A stretch of DNA of 64,000 bases from Phoronis australis (lineage: Eukaryota; Animalia; Phoronida): the NCBI GenBank assembly GCA_002633005.1, contig NMRA01000301.1:310001-374000 (forward strand). The letters are read 5' to 3'. Shown here piece after piece: positions 13,063 to 26,866 of the stretch (its first letter is position 1; every line of letters begins with the position of its first letter). The notes beneath the pieces were generated by a model, which had not been told where the DNA came from, did no database searches, and saw nothing but the letters and a program-made list of their open reading frames with translations. The translations under genes were made by a program, and so were the position numbers.

Positions 13063-13239
13063 CTGCACTTTTTTCAAAGCTACGGTGCGTTGGTCCACAA
13101 CACACGTGGCACGGAACACTTCGCTGAACTGACCCTTGCCGATACGTTTCTCAACGTGAAAGTTCTTGAGCTTTGAGTAGATGTTGTCGCCATTAGCGTC
13201 AGGGCCTCCACCCGCAGTGTCTATATCCATGGAATCCAT
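13063..13239 (-). CDS. NEK7: NEK6/7 first coding exon
   Basis: MDSMDID...KRIGKGQFSEVFRATCVVDQRTVALKKVQ (Gly-rich loop, VALK lysine). An acceptor at 13252-13253 and an in-frame TAG 9 nt before the ATG imply upstream non-coding exon(s). The spliced CDS totals 304 aa; probably the single pre-duplication NEK6/7 gene. Confidence 0.95.
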
Positions 13240-14079
13240 GGCAACCTATACCTGAAAATAAATAGAAGCATAAGAATGGAAGCCCACAAATGTATTCAGA
13301 GAAAGAACTGGAGGGACTGTTTGAGTAGCTGAACAAGAGAAGAGGAGATGGAGAGAAGGGGAGAGTGAGAACAACAGGGAGAGGGAGAGAGGCAGGGGGA
13401 GACAACTACCACAAAAAAACCTATTACAGTACTACAAAAAACCCAAAAACTTGTTATTTCACAGGCTTGACACCTGATAGCTACCGGCATTCCCCGTCAT
13501 GACAGTCATATGCATTTGTTGAAATGACTACCATAAGCATCCGTTTTGTGTTGAGATGAATGAGAGAGGAATTTATAAAGATATTCATATTATTCTATTC
13601 ATTAACATCAACTTAAGTGATAGTTCAACATAAATTGCATACATAGTGCACCACTTTGGAGACTTCAGAAGAAGTGAGTTAAGATTAAAGCCAGCACGGC
13701 TGAACAGGATAGTGCTTGTCATTTTTGGACAGAAAATTGCAAAACGGACCACCGTCATGGAATATGCTACTTTGCTTGTACTGTACTAAATACAGCAGGG
13801 ACTGTTACCAGCTGGCAAGACTGGCACTAGTCAGACAAAAGTCCAACCTATAAATACATGCATTCTTCCAAAGCTCAGGTAAACAGCTTTCTGTTCTCAA
13901 TCTGTTCAAAAACTGAAATGATTGATCATTCTTTAGTAGCACCATCTGGATGATACGGTATTTGAAGGTGTCCATTATAATAAGAATACTCAGCAAGACC
14001 AATGAAATTTGTACAGTTCGATGGTTTAACAAACCTACTCGTCCATGAGCTAAGCAGTGATCACACAAAGTCATTCCTG

Positions 14080-14481
14080 GGCCCGGTCTCCAATCTTTTT
14101 ACTCGAAATGGAACTCGAAATTAGGTTTGGCATTTTCTACTCTACTTTTGGGCGAACTCAAGATAAGTGTCTATTATTCTATGCTCGAGTACACAATAAC
14201 TTACGTAGATAATTTATTGCCCTTAGTTCACAGTTTGTAAACCCAATATTAAAGCAATAAGTTCGAGTTTGAACTCGAAATTTCGAGTTTTTACTCGAGT
14301 TTGTAGCACGAATATAAGGGCCTTCAAGGGCAAACTTGAACTAGAAACTCCTATGCATAAACTTATAATGTATTCGAGCACAGTCTGATAACCAATTATC
14401 TTAAGTTCGCACAAAAGGAGCAGAGAAATTGCCAAAAATAGTTTCGAGTTCGTTTCGAGTACAAAGATTAGAAACCGGGCC
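14080..14481. mobile_element. PIF/Harbinger-type MITE
   Basis: GGCCCGGT...ACCGGGCC termini with >100-bp imperfect inverted repeats, flanked by a CTG/CTG 3-bp duplication (14077-14079, 14482-14484). CWG targets are known for Harbinger elements. Confidence 0.8.
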
Positions 14482-17142
14482 CTGACATCTTCTGATATCC
14501 GTGCAGCAAACTTATGTAAAATCCAACAGTGTACGCTGCAAATTGCTGCAAACTTCAAGCATTTGTTGCCATGAAAAGTTTTTTAATTAAACAGAATTTG
14601 CTTTTCCAGCATTTCAAGGCTTACATACTCTATATTGTTGTCAAATGTTTTGAATAACAGCTAGGCCTACATAAAAATGGAACTAACATACTGTACACAC
14701 TTGTGTTGACATCCACGCTCACCAAAACATTTTCAACTCAACAAAGATTCAGTTCAAGGACACATTGTCATAAACGGGTGGGAAGATACAACAAGAATTA
14801 TTGCCAAAATTGTCATCTTTCCATATTTCAAAGGTTGATTACTTTGCTACAAAGAGTGGAAACTCCACCAAATGTTGTTTTACGACATATACACAGTACA
14901 TTAACTATGCTAGTATGTAGTAATAGACTAAAAGTTTCTTGGTCTTTATTTTAGTGAAGTCATTTGACAAAATATAATTTCACTTGTCTGCCATATTTTG
15001 TGCTAAATAAGTAAAGAATTACTGTAGTGTCCACTTTTCACTGAAGGTGGCGTGAAATGCTTCTTTTGGCTCGTGTGAATTCTAAGAAATACTTGTGTGC
15101 AAAAATGGTCTAGGCATAGGTGCAAGCAAATCAGCCTTTACGGTAAATGCCAAAAACAGATTTCTTGGAAATGTTTTTAAAAGACCCTCAAGACATTAAC
15201 AATACAAGTTGTGTGTAAATTTCATGTAGAACAGAAAAAGCAAAATAATACTGCGCTGCCAATTCAATTTTAAGAAAAACATCAAAGGCCTATGATTTTT
15301 GGACTGAGTAAAATGTCAATCAATGAATAGCGAACACGCCCCCACGCTAAAATATGCTGAATCAATCAGTTAAATCAATGAACAGTGGCCATGTCCCCAC
15401 ACCACAGTACATCTAATAACTGAGTATAGTGCAGTGTTTACTAAACTAAAACATGACTACCAGTAATATAACCCTATATTGAGAAGTCTTCATTAAACAA
15501 GGCCCTGCAGGAGCTCGGGGGTACTAATAAGTATATTTTCAAGGGAAAACAAATTGATATTGAGCTGTGTAGTGAACAGGAAACCTTGTAACTTACACTG
15601 ATATAGAAAGTCAATGGATTACAAATGGCGTAGGTTAATCTTGCTTAACAGAAATATGTGATTGTGTTGATTTATTGATTTGTGAATGACAAGTAAAAGG
15701 AACATAAGCATGAATATTACAGATACACACACTCTTCAAGAGTATATTTCAGTGGCTGGACACAAGGAAATTACAATAAAACAGCCAGAGGCAAAAATAG
15801 TCATATAGTCACAATATATGAGCACTGGGACCAACGACCATCAAGAATAGTCACACATAGTGATAAAAACCAGCCTTTCCAACTTGTCACCTGACTTGTA
15901 AGAAGACTTTAAAGATTTTTGAGTTTTGAACAATTAAGCCTGTTATGTTGTGATGAAGTGATATAGCAAAAAACAGAACTAACAATTAAATATCTAAATT
16001 TGAATGACATGTACCTAGTCGTAACATGCGACCTGGACCACGGCATACATATGTGATAAAATATCACAAAACAGTGATGTTTCTATTCATTGTTAAACGA
16101 TCCAAGCTTTCTAGGTTATCCAATTATAACATCACCTACAATATCGTACTGCGACACTGTTCGGTCCCGCTGTTTGCGCACAATGTCCCCACAAACGATA
16201 GCGACTTGGAAATGGCGGCAAGTAATGTAACGGCCTCTTTCAATATGTGTCTCGAGTTTTATGGCAAAAGACAGGGCAAACAAATTCTCAAGACCTTCTT
16301 TCTTGGGTTGAGCACGCGCATATGAGTCACCTGTCACTCACATATGCAGACAGGGTAACTTGCACTCCAGAGCGTGGGAACTCGCGCGCTCGCACCAAAC
16401 CAAAGTCGCACATCAAAAGAGAACAGCGACAGTAAAAAGTATAAGAGTAGGTTTAAGCTGACAGGGTGTTTATTTGACACTGAACCTAGGCCTCCTGCTG
16501 TTTTAAAAAAAACAAAGTACCCCAAAATTGCCACGCGAAGTTTCAGTTCTGATAATTCGCGGCTCGATGTTCCCTAGGCCCCAGGGGTTCACCCCCTCCC
16601 CACAGCTGCCGATTTTCAGTCAGCCTACGTCGTAGATATTTCAGACTCGAATGGGAAAGATTTTGTTTCGGTTGAAACTAGCCAATGAAGAAACAAAATT
16701 ATTCGAAAGGGCTAAAAAGGTAGGAGGAAACAATATTCACAAAGTTAAGGGAATTCTTCAAAATCCAAGCTTCCCACCTAAAGCGAATTAGGAGTGTTAG
16801 CAACTCCACTGTCACGTTTTTCTGGCTTCATTTTTTCGAATATATGTTTTCTCTAGAGCACTACAGACGGAAACTTAGCGCTGCATAGGTATTGAAGCCA
16901 GCGGGGTTCTTAGTTTTTGCGAACATGGAAAGGAAATAAAGTAACAAAGTGTTCAAGGTATTACACTTTGAAGCAAATCCATGACCCGGGACAATAATTT
17001 GTTACTTGTATTATAATTCACATTGCCAAACCACCATTCCCGATGCTGTCGTTGCATTCTTTGTTATCATCGATTTTTATCTAAAAATGGGTAATCGCGT
17101 GTTTCCTTAGCACTGGGTGAGTAATCATCAATCTTCAAAAGT

Positions 17143-17303
17143 TGGGGATGGGCGCTTAACCGTGAGGTGGGCGCTTAACTGGAAATCTTCAAAAATCACA
17201 GAGGGGCGGTTAACCGAGCAGTGGGCGGTTAAATCGAAAATCCACCTAAAGTAGGGGATGGGAGGTTAAGTGAACATGGGCGTTAACCCGAATGTTTACA
17301 GTA
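17143..17303. mobile_element. MITE remnant with repeated GGGCG(C/G)TTAA subterminal motifs
   Basis: About 6 copies of gggcgcttaac / gggcggttaa, ending in tacagTA. Confidence 0.5.
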
Positions 17304-18136
17304 TTTTGAAAATCATCAAACAAGACAGAAAGGTTGGTCATTGTTGAAAACTTTTCGCCTGACATTTAAAACTTCGAAAATCAACATTTGAGATTTATTA
17401 TATAACATAAACACAGATGTGCTAACACAAGAAATGATTTCTAAGCATCTCCATGGCAACACAAACAGTGACTTATTTTTGGTTCAATGAACAGTCAGCT
17501 CTGGTACTGTGCATGTGTGGACCATCAACAATGATTGGGTCCAGATGAGCAACTCGCCCAGCACAAATTATTCCACCAACCACATTACCAGTGCAAGTGA
17601 CCATGTGAATGAAAAGTGCAAACTTGACACCACTATGACATTTTACCTCGCTTTTTGAAAGCAGGGCAAGAACTACTCAATTTAAAAGTTTTTTGTTTTC
17701 TCTGCCGGTCAATTTAGACCAAACTTTGGTCGCCATACCCCAATCTTATTGGAAGCCTCTTGTGCATTTTTCACTTTGGCGAATAGCAGTAGTTGCTTTT
17801 GGTGGATTTCTCATGTCATCCAGCCAATCGAAATTACACTCAATTAATTAATTTCTGAGGAGTTTCGGTGGCTTATCCCATATCTATGATTACCCCCCTG
17901 TGAAAAAACGTCATGCCGTTCACAACTCTACTTTGACAGCGGCAGTGGGCAACGTTTGCATTTTCGAGGGGAATAATTCGGACATTTTTGACAGCCAGTG
18001 TCGTATCAATCTTTCGTCATGAAACGAAATGCGCATTTGACGCAATGTAGTGAATATCGAGTCATGTCTGCCATAACAAGGCTTAAAAAGACTGTTGATT
18101 ATTTTACAAACCGAGAGATGTTCTAGGTAAAGAAGC

Positions 18137-18249
18137 TGGACCAGATTCTGATACGACATATGGTCCAGTTCCTGATACGGCATATGGTCCAGTTCCTGAT
18201 ACGACATATGGTCCAGTTCCTGATACGACATATGGTCCAGTTCCTGATC
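18137..18249. repeat. 24-bp minisatellite, about 4.5 copies
   Basis: Unit catatggtccagttcctgatacga; it creates the YQELDHMS pseudo-ORF. Confidence 0.92.
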
Positions 18250-19733
18250 GGTGTCGTGGTGATAACGCAGCTCAATCAATGAAACGCAAAAACACGTACA
18301 ATGAACAGAGGACCTTTCAAAGTACTGGATTTCTACAGACAACATCAGCAATCTGTGTTCCTAAATTTCTCTCTAAAAAGAAGAATCGAGTTTGGAATGG
18401 CATAATTACAGCCTTTTGACAATCCAGTGGATATATTTCTAGAAATATTGGTTTTAACTGGCCATTCTCTCCCATACACTTACAAGGAAAACACACGTGA
18501 ATTGATGTGGTTACTCTAACTTACTATATTTTATGTTATGTTCATGACACTTTTGTTTCCATTTAAATGTACTCTCCTATTAGATGGGGGTGTTATACAC
18601 CAGTGCCTGGCGCCGCAGCCAATGGGGTACTGATGCACCACCAATGCTAGCGGCAACAAGGCGTGTTGGGTCTGAATTTTTGGAAAATTTGAACTCCCAG
18701 CGAATTTTGTAGGGCTGATTTTCAAAATGTCCAGACGGATTTGTACACTTTAGAGCAAATGTCCAGGACCTAGAGATAATAGCAAAATCTCTGGTAAAAC
18801 ATTACTAGTAATTTTATGCTACATATCATTTAAGAAAAAATGAGAAAATAAAATGTCACTTGTCTGACATATTGTGCCCTAAATTCGTGAGATTTTACCA
18901 TACAAAACAATTATAAACAAATCTCCCCAGAGTCAATTTGAAACTACCCACTGAGTCAGAGCAAATCCATACCAACCCTTCTACACAACACGCTGTTCAA
19001 ACTATGTATGAAAAGTGCATGTGACCTAAAATCACACACTATCAAACCACATTAAATATGCCTTTGAGCATCACAAAATTTTTAATCCCAGACAGATATG
19101 GGCCTGCATAACTGAAGTTATGTGTGAACGTGATGACTCACTGACTAGCTGTTCAGGTGATGGAAGGGCAAGGAAATAGTAGGACAAGCAACCAATGACC
19201 ACAGCAGCTGACTCTAAACCTGCTTGAAATAAAGGTACAATAACTCAAGTCACAAAACCTCCTTGAACACACACCATTATGAAACTGCTCTCAAATTGTT
19301 CTTTAGGTCATATCTATATGTAGACACAATATCTGTCTTTATTGATTGATACCTGTGATTGTGTGTAAATACCGCAAACCCAGGAGCAAGTACTGGTATA
19401 TGTAATAACAATGAAAGCGCTCTGAGAAGTGACAATTAAAGAAATCAAATAAAACTTTTAAGGTAAGATCGACAACAGCCACGATACCATCGCCTATTAC
19501 ACCTGACCAACATGCAGTATACGATAGCATTAAATTTTCATAGGGAATCAGTTAAAACAACAGTCATCAAATCAGAAAACCTTGAATAACTCAAGAACAG
19601 GAAGTTGTAATGAGAAACCAATCATGCATTGTGGGTAGTGTGTGAGGAGATGTATACTAAATCTGAAGAGATTGAGTCAAAGGAGCCATGAGCTGGAGCT
19701 CTGTAAATATAAATTTGAAAACATTGTGCCACC

Positions 19734-20728
19734 CAGTGGCGGATCTAGGATATCACAAGGGGGGGGCCCAACATTTTGTCCGGCTGTAAGAATTTGCGCA
19801 AACTGAACCACGATTGTAGATGCGCATAGCACCGAACGGGGGGAGGTCGGGAAGGGGGCAAATTTTTCTGTTTTTACCTCTAAAAATCAAGCATTTTCCT
19901 TGATTCCTGAAGTATTATTCAAGAAAAAAGGCAAAAAACGGAGAACGTGTCAAACAGGAAAAGCTGCAAGTATCAAAGACTCGAACTCACGACCTGGCGA
20001 TTAGGGCGCACATGCGTTACCACTACACCACCACGATTTAACTACTATTTTCATACTAAGAGACCTACTTGTTTATGGTCCACAGCGTTTGCGCGCGAAA
20101 CCTACTTCTTTTTGTTATGCTTATTACACGTTTTTCATTTTGTGCCATCAATTCTTAACAAATTTGTCATATTTAAAATAATCTTCAAATGCCAAAAAGA
20201 CCAAATCCGTTTTTCGTGTTGGCAATAATGACGGGATTGCTTTGGAAATCGTCTTAAGATAAGGTTTGACAAAGAGAGTATTGCGAGTTTCTGAGTGATT
20301 CACTAAGGCTTCGATTAAAATCCACATCTTACCAGCAGCTTCTGTTTTTTCATCGTCACTCAGGTTCCATTTTCTTAAAAAATGAAGTAAATTTTCTTCA
20401 TTGCACAGTGGAGCAGACGATGGAAACGGAGTCGTAGCGCGCAGCGCTACTGCCGGTCGCCTGGGATATCGGGGGAGAGCCTATACTTAGCCATGATAGT
20501 TCCGTTACGAATGCGCCGTGTTCCGAATTTGACACTTGAAATTGGATTTGAGCCCCCCCCCAACACTAAAACTGCACACTTTTAAATCTTTTTTCATCCG
20601 TATAATTTTAATTACTGATGTTAATTAATAAACTCTACATTTCCCTGCGCTCTTACTGTTTTATTTTTTTTGCGGCAGCCAAGGGGGGGGGCCCGGGCCC
20701 TCTGGGCCCCCCCCTAAATCCGCCTATG
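19734..20728. mobile_element. Non-autonomous DNA transposon (~1 kb) with 5-bp TSD
   Basis: TIRs CAGTGGCGGATCTAG / CATAGGCGGATTTAG (reverse complement of the right end), subterminal G/C runs, flanking CCACC direct repeat. Confidence 0.8.
19972..20035 (-). other. tRNA-derived (SINE head / pseudo-tRNA) Pol III promoter-like segment
   Basis: Reverse strand reads GTGGTGTAGTGGTAAC...GAGTTCGAGTC (A box and B box); no convincing full cloverleaf. Confidence 0.55.
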
Positions 20729-20999
20729 CCACCTTGTGCCACCTTGCATCAGGTTTCGCCCCAAAACAAGTCTTCGCGCAGTTGACTAGAAAAACACTCT
20801 AGTATGTACATTTCATTTCAATTAGTAGATATAAAATGTGATCTCCAGCACGAATATGATAGGCCAACAAAGTGCAGATAAGTCAATATTAGAAGTCATC
20901 AGGGCATTATCTATCAAATATCTCGAGAACGGCAAGTTGCACTGAGAAATGGGTGTCACAACACTGATCGCGTTCAAAACCATCGATCCACATAACAAA

Positions 21000-23460
21000 T
21001 TTCACGCAGATCTTTTTGCCTCGAACTTCCACGTGGGCTATCGCCCATATAAGGCCCAGAAGGAAAGGCCAAAATGTAAGTTATGGTCTATGATTTTTGT
21101 AAGGCGAAAGACTATCATCGCTCTACTGAATGCTCGATTGTCCACGCTCCGGACAAACAGCTAGAAATTGCTAAATGCAATAAACATTGTCGCATTCAGC
21201 GGCCATGTTGACAATGACTGTATATCAAAATATTTGTGCTGTCATTGTCAAAACAGACACCACAGCCACCTCACTGCGCAACACTAATCCAAACTCAGAA
21301 CGTTCATCTGACGCCAGTGCTGATGTCAAAACCGGAACTTCAAAAGATGTACATGCCAAACTTACACCCACGTTGGAAGCTGTTTTACTGAAAACAGCTG
21401 GAGCCCGATCACCAGTACTCCACGGGCCACCATGAAAGTAAACATCCCCCTGGATGAAGGCCAGCATTCCTTCATAACCTCTGCTGATTTTGAGAAATGT
21501 CAACACGCCCATATCAACCTGTCTTCCTTTGGTGCCAAATCCACTGGACTGCGGTCTACCCCAGTGGCTCCCCCTGTGGCTCCCGTAAAGTAGCATACCA
21601 AGACAGGTGATATCGAACTACAAACTTTGGTTGTGGCTAAAACATCCACACCACCACGAAATTATGTGCCAACTACTGTGCGTCAACACTCTTACTTGCA
21701 AAAGCTGGACTTAGTCGATCATGTTCCGCACAACACATTCGACAACGACTTGTTCATCGGAACAAATTATTACTGGGCAATAATTGGAGACCGCTTGATA
21801 CGTGGTGATGGACAGATTACAGTTGAATATAAACTCTGTTACCTCCTCTCTGGACCAACCAATTTTCCAACAGCTGTGCATACCACAACATGTGCGTTAT
21901 TCAAAGTGCCATTCGATCAGCAGTAGGAAATACTCAAACATTATTGGAAACTTGGAAGCATTTGGCATGAAGGACACACCGAATGCGAATCATGCTCTAT
22001 CCTCCTTCCAGAATCATCACCAAACTCTCACTTGTGACCACACTGCAGGGTTGCCATGGTGAGACGATGACGAGCTGTTGCCAACCAACTGTGACCTGGC
22101 ACTACACAGAATGCATGCGATGACACACTGTCTATCGTTCCATCACTTCAAGATTTACCACGACATCATTCAAGGTCAGCTGAAACGAAGATTCATCGAG
22201 AAAGCAACAGACGACGACACGACAACTGGACATTACTTGCCACATCACTCAGTTGCTAAGGATTCGCCAACGATACCCATTTGTATATTTCAGCATGGCT
22301 TCTGGGGGATACCTGAGTCTCAACGAGTGTTTGGACATTAGCAAGTGCCTACTTAGTGATCTCAGATCTATATTGCTACCCTTCCGTGTGCATGAAAATT
22401 GGAACATTGGACATTCAGAACGTCTTTCTCAACATCGGTTTAAATGAACACGATTACAACTTCACAAAATTTCTGTTACTGTGTACGCCAGACAACCCGG
22501 AAAGCCAGTTCAAAGCTTTTCGGTTTGCTTCTGTCCCCTTTGGCTCAGCAAGTTCACCATTCATACTGGAATTACTAGCTTCACTTAGTGCTTGCCAACT
22601 TTGTGGAGAAATCATCGTTTAAATCTCTGACCATCGTGAAAAAAGTTTTGTGGTGAGACAGTATATTGCCATTCACTGGGTAACGGGACACAAGCGGCTG
22701 CCAATGTTCATTCGGAACTGAGTCAACGAAATCTGACAATTTGGCTCAGTGAACCACTGCCCCACTAAGGACAAACCTGCGGATTTACTGACAAGAGGCA
22801 TCACAACTCAACAGCTGGAACACAATAATTTGTGGTGCAACAGACCATCCTGGTTACTGCAGTGTGACTGGTCCATCAACACACACTCTAACAGCGTGGT
22901 TAATTTGATCAATACATGTATGTGCTTCTGTTAGAGACAATTTGGATGCGACAGCAAGATGTCTGCGGTTCAACTATCTACTACATCAACAGAAGTTCAT
23001 TGCCCTGAGTTACAAAACACTATGGACATTAATCGCTGAGGAAGATTAGATTAATTGCTCCATGTGATTGAATATGCAATTCAAGTAGCCACACATAACT
23101 ACATTGCTGGTTGACTTTCTATTGGTGAACTCCGACAAGCACATTTAAAGTGGTTCCACAATATAGAAACTTTGGATTATTAGCGAGGGTTAAAATCATT
23201 AACAGTCTATGCTTCGCCAAAAACAACTGAACCTATTTTTGGACAAAGACGGACCGATTTGACCAGTAGAGCAGGATGTTAAAAAGCCTATTCTGCTACC
23301 ACCCAATCAGCACGCTCGTGATTCTCCAGGTCCGTTCAATGTCTTTACATTTGGGTGCCCAACCAACCATGAACCATGTTTAACAGCTGTTTGGATCCCA
23401 CATTTGCGTCAGCTCGTCCATGCAGTTATGTGTGCATGAGTAATGGATAGCCTAATTCAA
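21000..23460 (+). mobile_element. Decayed BEL/Pao LTR retrotransposon gag-pol remnant
   Basis: Frameshifted fragments with Pao motifs: AVLLKTA, DLFIGTNYYW, YLLSGP, GHYLPHHSVAKDSPT, SLNECL, DIQNVFLNI, FRFASVPFGSASSPFIL (RT), HCPTKDKPADLLTRG...LW..RPSWL (RNase H / peptidase A17 region) and KKPILLP. Confidence 0.85.
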
Positions 23461-23812
23461 AAACTGTCCACACACCACGAACAGTATTACTTCTGGTGGA
23501 CTACAATCACAACATACCTGATATTGTAATTCGCAGCCACAAACGTCAGAAAGGGCAAGCACATGCATCTGACAGTGGACTCGTCAACTGGCTAAAGGAC
23601 TGACTATATATGTATATGGACATTCATTAATGTTAATCATATGTTTTTATCATTTATGTAACCTTCAGTATCGTGACCTGGTGTGTTTAGTTATCAGTTC
23701 ATATCAGTGTAGGGACGCCGTTTTATCACATAACTTTGTTCGTGTTTATTTTTCTACGTGCGCTAACAGTGTGTTTACATTAACTGATATATCATTTTTT
23801 CGCTGTGGAGAG

Positions 23813-23980
23813 TGTCAAGAATTGTATCTTGATGTTTATGTTTATGTTAATATAACGACCACTGTGACTGTCATTCCCTCGACTCTTCCCAATGGCCACA
23901 CGCTCATTCCCATATATATATTACATACAAGCTTAATAAACCAGTCTTGTTCTATGTATCTAACCTCCTCCTTCATCACA
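23813..23980 (+). mobile_element. Candidate 3' LTR of the BEL/Pao element
   Basis: TGTCAAGAA...TTCATCACA (TG..CA, short inverted termini), preceded by purine-rich ggagag, with an internal AATAAA near 23935. No matching 5' LTR seen. Confidence 0.55.
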
Positions 23981-25301
23981 TTCCCACCAGGAATATCTAT
24001 AACTACTCGTCTTCAAGACACTAAGTTAACAAGCAGGCACTGGTCAGATATAGCAGTTCCTGATTTTGAATTTGAGAATCAGTTTCATCCACTGAAAAAC
24101 ATGCCTGTTATTCATGGACTGTTCCTTCTCAAAATCAGGGTCTGCTAGATCCGACCAGTGATTAACAAGGAAACTAAGCAAGTTTATGCTGCAGTAATCA
24201 AGGAAATGCTTCCCTTCAACTTCAAGGACAAAAATCAAAAGTTTCCTAGGTGGGATGTGGGAACCCCCTTCTCGACATCCCCCACTCAGCACTCTGTCTC
24301 ATCAAATTCGAGTTCAATGGGCAATAGCAAAATCTTTACCAGAGTCTATAATCTTAAGAGTAGTAGGTCAAAGACTCTGCTTTGGCTGACCGAGACTGGG
24401 AGCGGATGCAAAAATACTGCTTTAACCAATGACCAGTCAAAGACAAGCAAGTCAAGGAAAGACGTGATAAGTTAGCAAAGACTAAAAATACAAACGAGCA
24501 TTACCTGTATTTGTGCTTGTGTTCGTAGATGAATTTGTAAAAGGCGTTCACGCAGTATCTATTTAACACTGCGTAAATGTTACACAGCTCGTTTTTAACC
24601 GAAAAATTGCAAGAGGTCTTCGCGTGCGAATGTCACCCACTGAATTCCTAGGTAACAAATTTCTGTATACTTCTCAGGCATCCCATAATGATAAAATTTC
24701 AAGGGGAGATAATTTGATATTGATTAATTTTCTGTTAATCTAGGTTTCATTACATTAAAACGGTTATTTTGTTGCTCCATAAATGTACTATTACTTTGAG
24801 GAATTTGTGTAGTTGAAATTATTGGTAACAAACGTCAACTTTAAAAGGAATTTATACGAAAATATTATCTTGACATTAAGCGCCACCTAAAGAGAACACT
24901 AAACATAAATATCACATCATAAATTTATTAGATCAGATACTTTTATTAATAACAAAATAAAATAAAATAAACGCGCGTATTTATTAGATATGAAGTATAT
25001 GTCGATAACATTTATTCTTTGAATACAATAAAACTAATTTATTACGACTATATCTTCGATTATTGTAAATAGGCATTTAGATAGTAATGTTGGGCAGTGC
25101 CTCAATTTCATTCCAAGATGGACACAATCTTTGAGGATTATCCGACATTCTTCCTGATTTGAAAATCAGTTTTATTTCGCATTTTCATTGAGAATCAAAA
25201 TGATGCCCGGTTTTGGATAATGCAAGGCTCGTTTCCACATCTAACGACATGAACTGCGATTCACTTCTTTTCTTTTGGGCGGAATTTATGTAGGATTAAC
25301 C

Positions 25302-25419
25302 ATGGGCGCCCAACAAGGAAAAGAGAAGTCGGCCAGTTCGAACAAGAAACAGAAGCAGTCACGGTCTAGCTCTATTCCAGTCACGATCAACACGGGGAAT
25401 ATATTCACAGAACACACAG
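25302..25419 (+). CDS. ABL: ABL tyrosine kinase exon 1 (1b-type, N-myristoylation)
   Basis: aaccATGG Kozak; MGAQQGKEK...NIFTEHT. The MGAQQGK start and NIFTEH match the Abl N-terminal cap; phase-1 donor GTaacc. Confidence 0.9.
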
Positions 25420-26506
25420 GTAACCTATTGATTGAGATCATGTCTTTAACTTGTCTATATTTGTCAGCTGTTTCTAATGAATTTGAATACTCTGTTTGTG
25501 TTTACTGTGGACTGCATTGTCTGTATGGTGACAGTGGTGTTCACAGTTCGGTTGACACTTACAGTTTTACACGGATTTAGGTAAAAATGGAGTAAATGGG
25601 TCCCTCTTGAAATAGCTGCCAGGAACCAATTTTCGCTGAGTAGTGGCAATGTCTATTATTGAGTTTAAACTGGTTCACGGTACTCGGTAGCCATTTTGAA
25701 GAAGGACTTATTTTCTCCACTTTTACCTTTAAGACATTAGTTATTTAAAGTTAGGCATTTAGTAAAGAACTGACTCCTGATCTGCTGCTGTTGTTTTAGT
25801 CTAACCAGCAGGAACCTCTTTATAGTATAGATTCCTTTCAGCGTGGCTGGTAGAGGGGTGACCTATCCATAAACTGTACGTTTTCATTTGACGTTGCGCT
25901 CATTGGATGAAAACAAGTTCGGTCATCCATTTTGTTGATGGAATGAATGACTATTCTGAAAACATGTTGATTGCTAGAGTATTTATTTGAGCTTGAACAA
26001 TTTGAAGACGTCTACAGCCTTGAAGGCATCTGTCTACGCTCGAAAGTTACACACTGTAACATGGATCTGATAGCATAGCCAGGGTCAAATGTAATTTGCA
26101 GGAAATTATCTGACATGTAGGCTTAGTTAAGATGTGCCACTGCCTATATGTATAGTGAACAATCTCCATGTTCAAAGTTTCGAACTGGTACCTGTCAGTT
26201 CTAAGTCAAGCATCCTAAGCAGTCGACTAAAGAGCAATTGTCGGTCGGCGAGTTACTACGAGAGACTTTTTTATTATAACAGTCATTGCAAATTCACCAC
26301 AGCTTTATATGACTGTGAAGTGCTTAATTTGAGGAAAGTTGACTGATTGTGGGAGACTGTGTTCACGTTTCTGCTTAACCAACATGTTCTAACATGTCCT
26401 CTGAAAAAAAATTGAAATCTCATTTATCCCTATTTAGGTTAAGCCGTATTCGCAGACTGGAATAATTGGTGGTCGTGAATCTTCCCATGCAAGAAATCAA
26501 CTGTCT

Positions 26507-26866
26507 CAGGGCTCGACATTTTTAGTGACACCTGTTGTCAACTTGAATAAGCTCATAAGTTCTAACTTGCCACTAGATATCAGTCAAAATCAAAATTGTC
26601 TTTATTAAGCAAATTAAATTGTTTCTTTACAGATTGAAATGCAAAATTTTAAAGTTAAAATGACAAAGTAGATTAGTAATTTGATTAAGCAAACTAGTTG
26701 ACTCCATGAAATTTTATTATGTAAAGAATTTCATCAGGTTTTGTTAGTTATTGTTCAAACTCTTGTAGTGTCATACAAAGTTATACATATAGTGTTGACT
26801 GCCTCAAAAGTTCTGAATTGGGCTTGAAGTTGGTTAAATCAAATTCTGCTTAGGTGCCGAGCACTG
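26507..26866. mobile_element. Decayed hAT-like MITE
   Basis: Termini CAGGGCTCGACA / CAGTGCTCGGCA (reverse complement); 8-bp flanks aactgtct / aagtgtca match at 6/8. Confidence 0.55.

Noticed and set aside
19972-20035. Functional tRNA gene
   Set aside because: A/B boxes are present but acceptor and anticodon stems are not convincing, and it lies inside a transposon.
23630-24148. 172-aa ORF
   Set aside because: No recognisable domain; it overlaps the LTR-like sequence and has non-coding composition.
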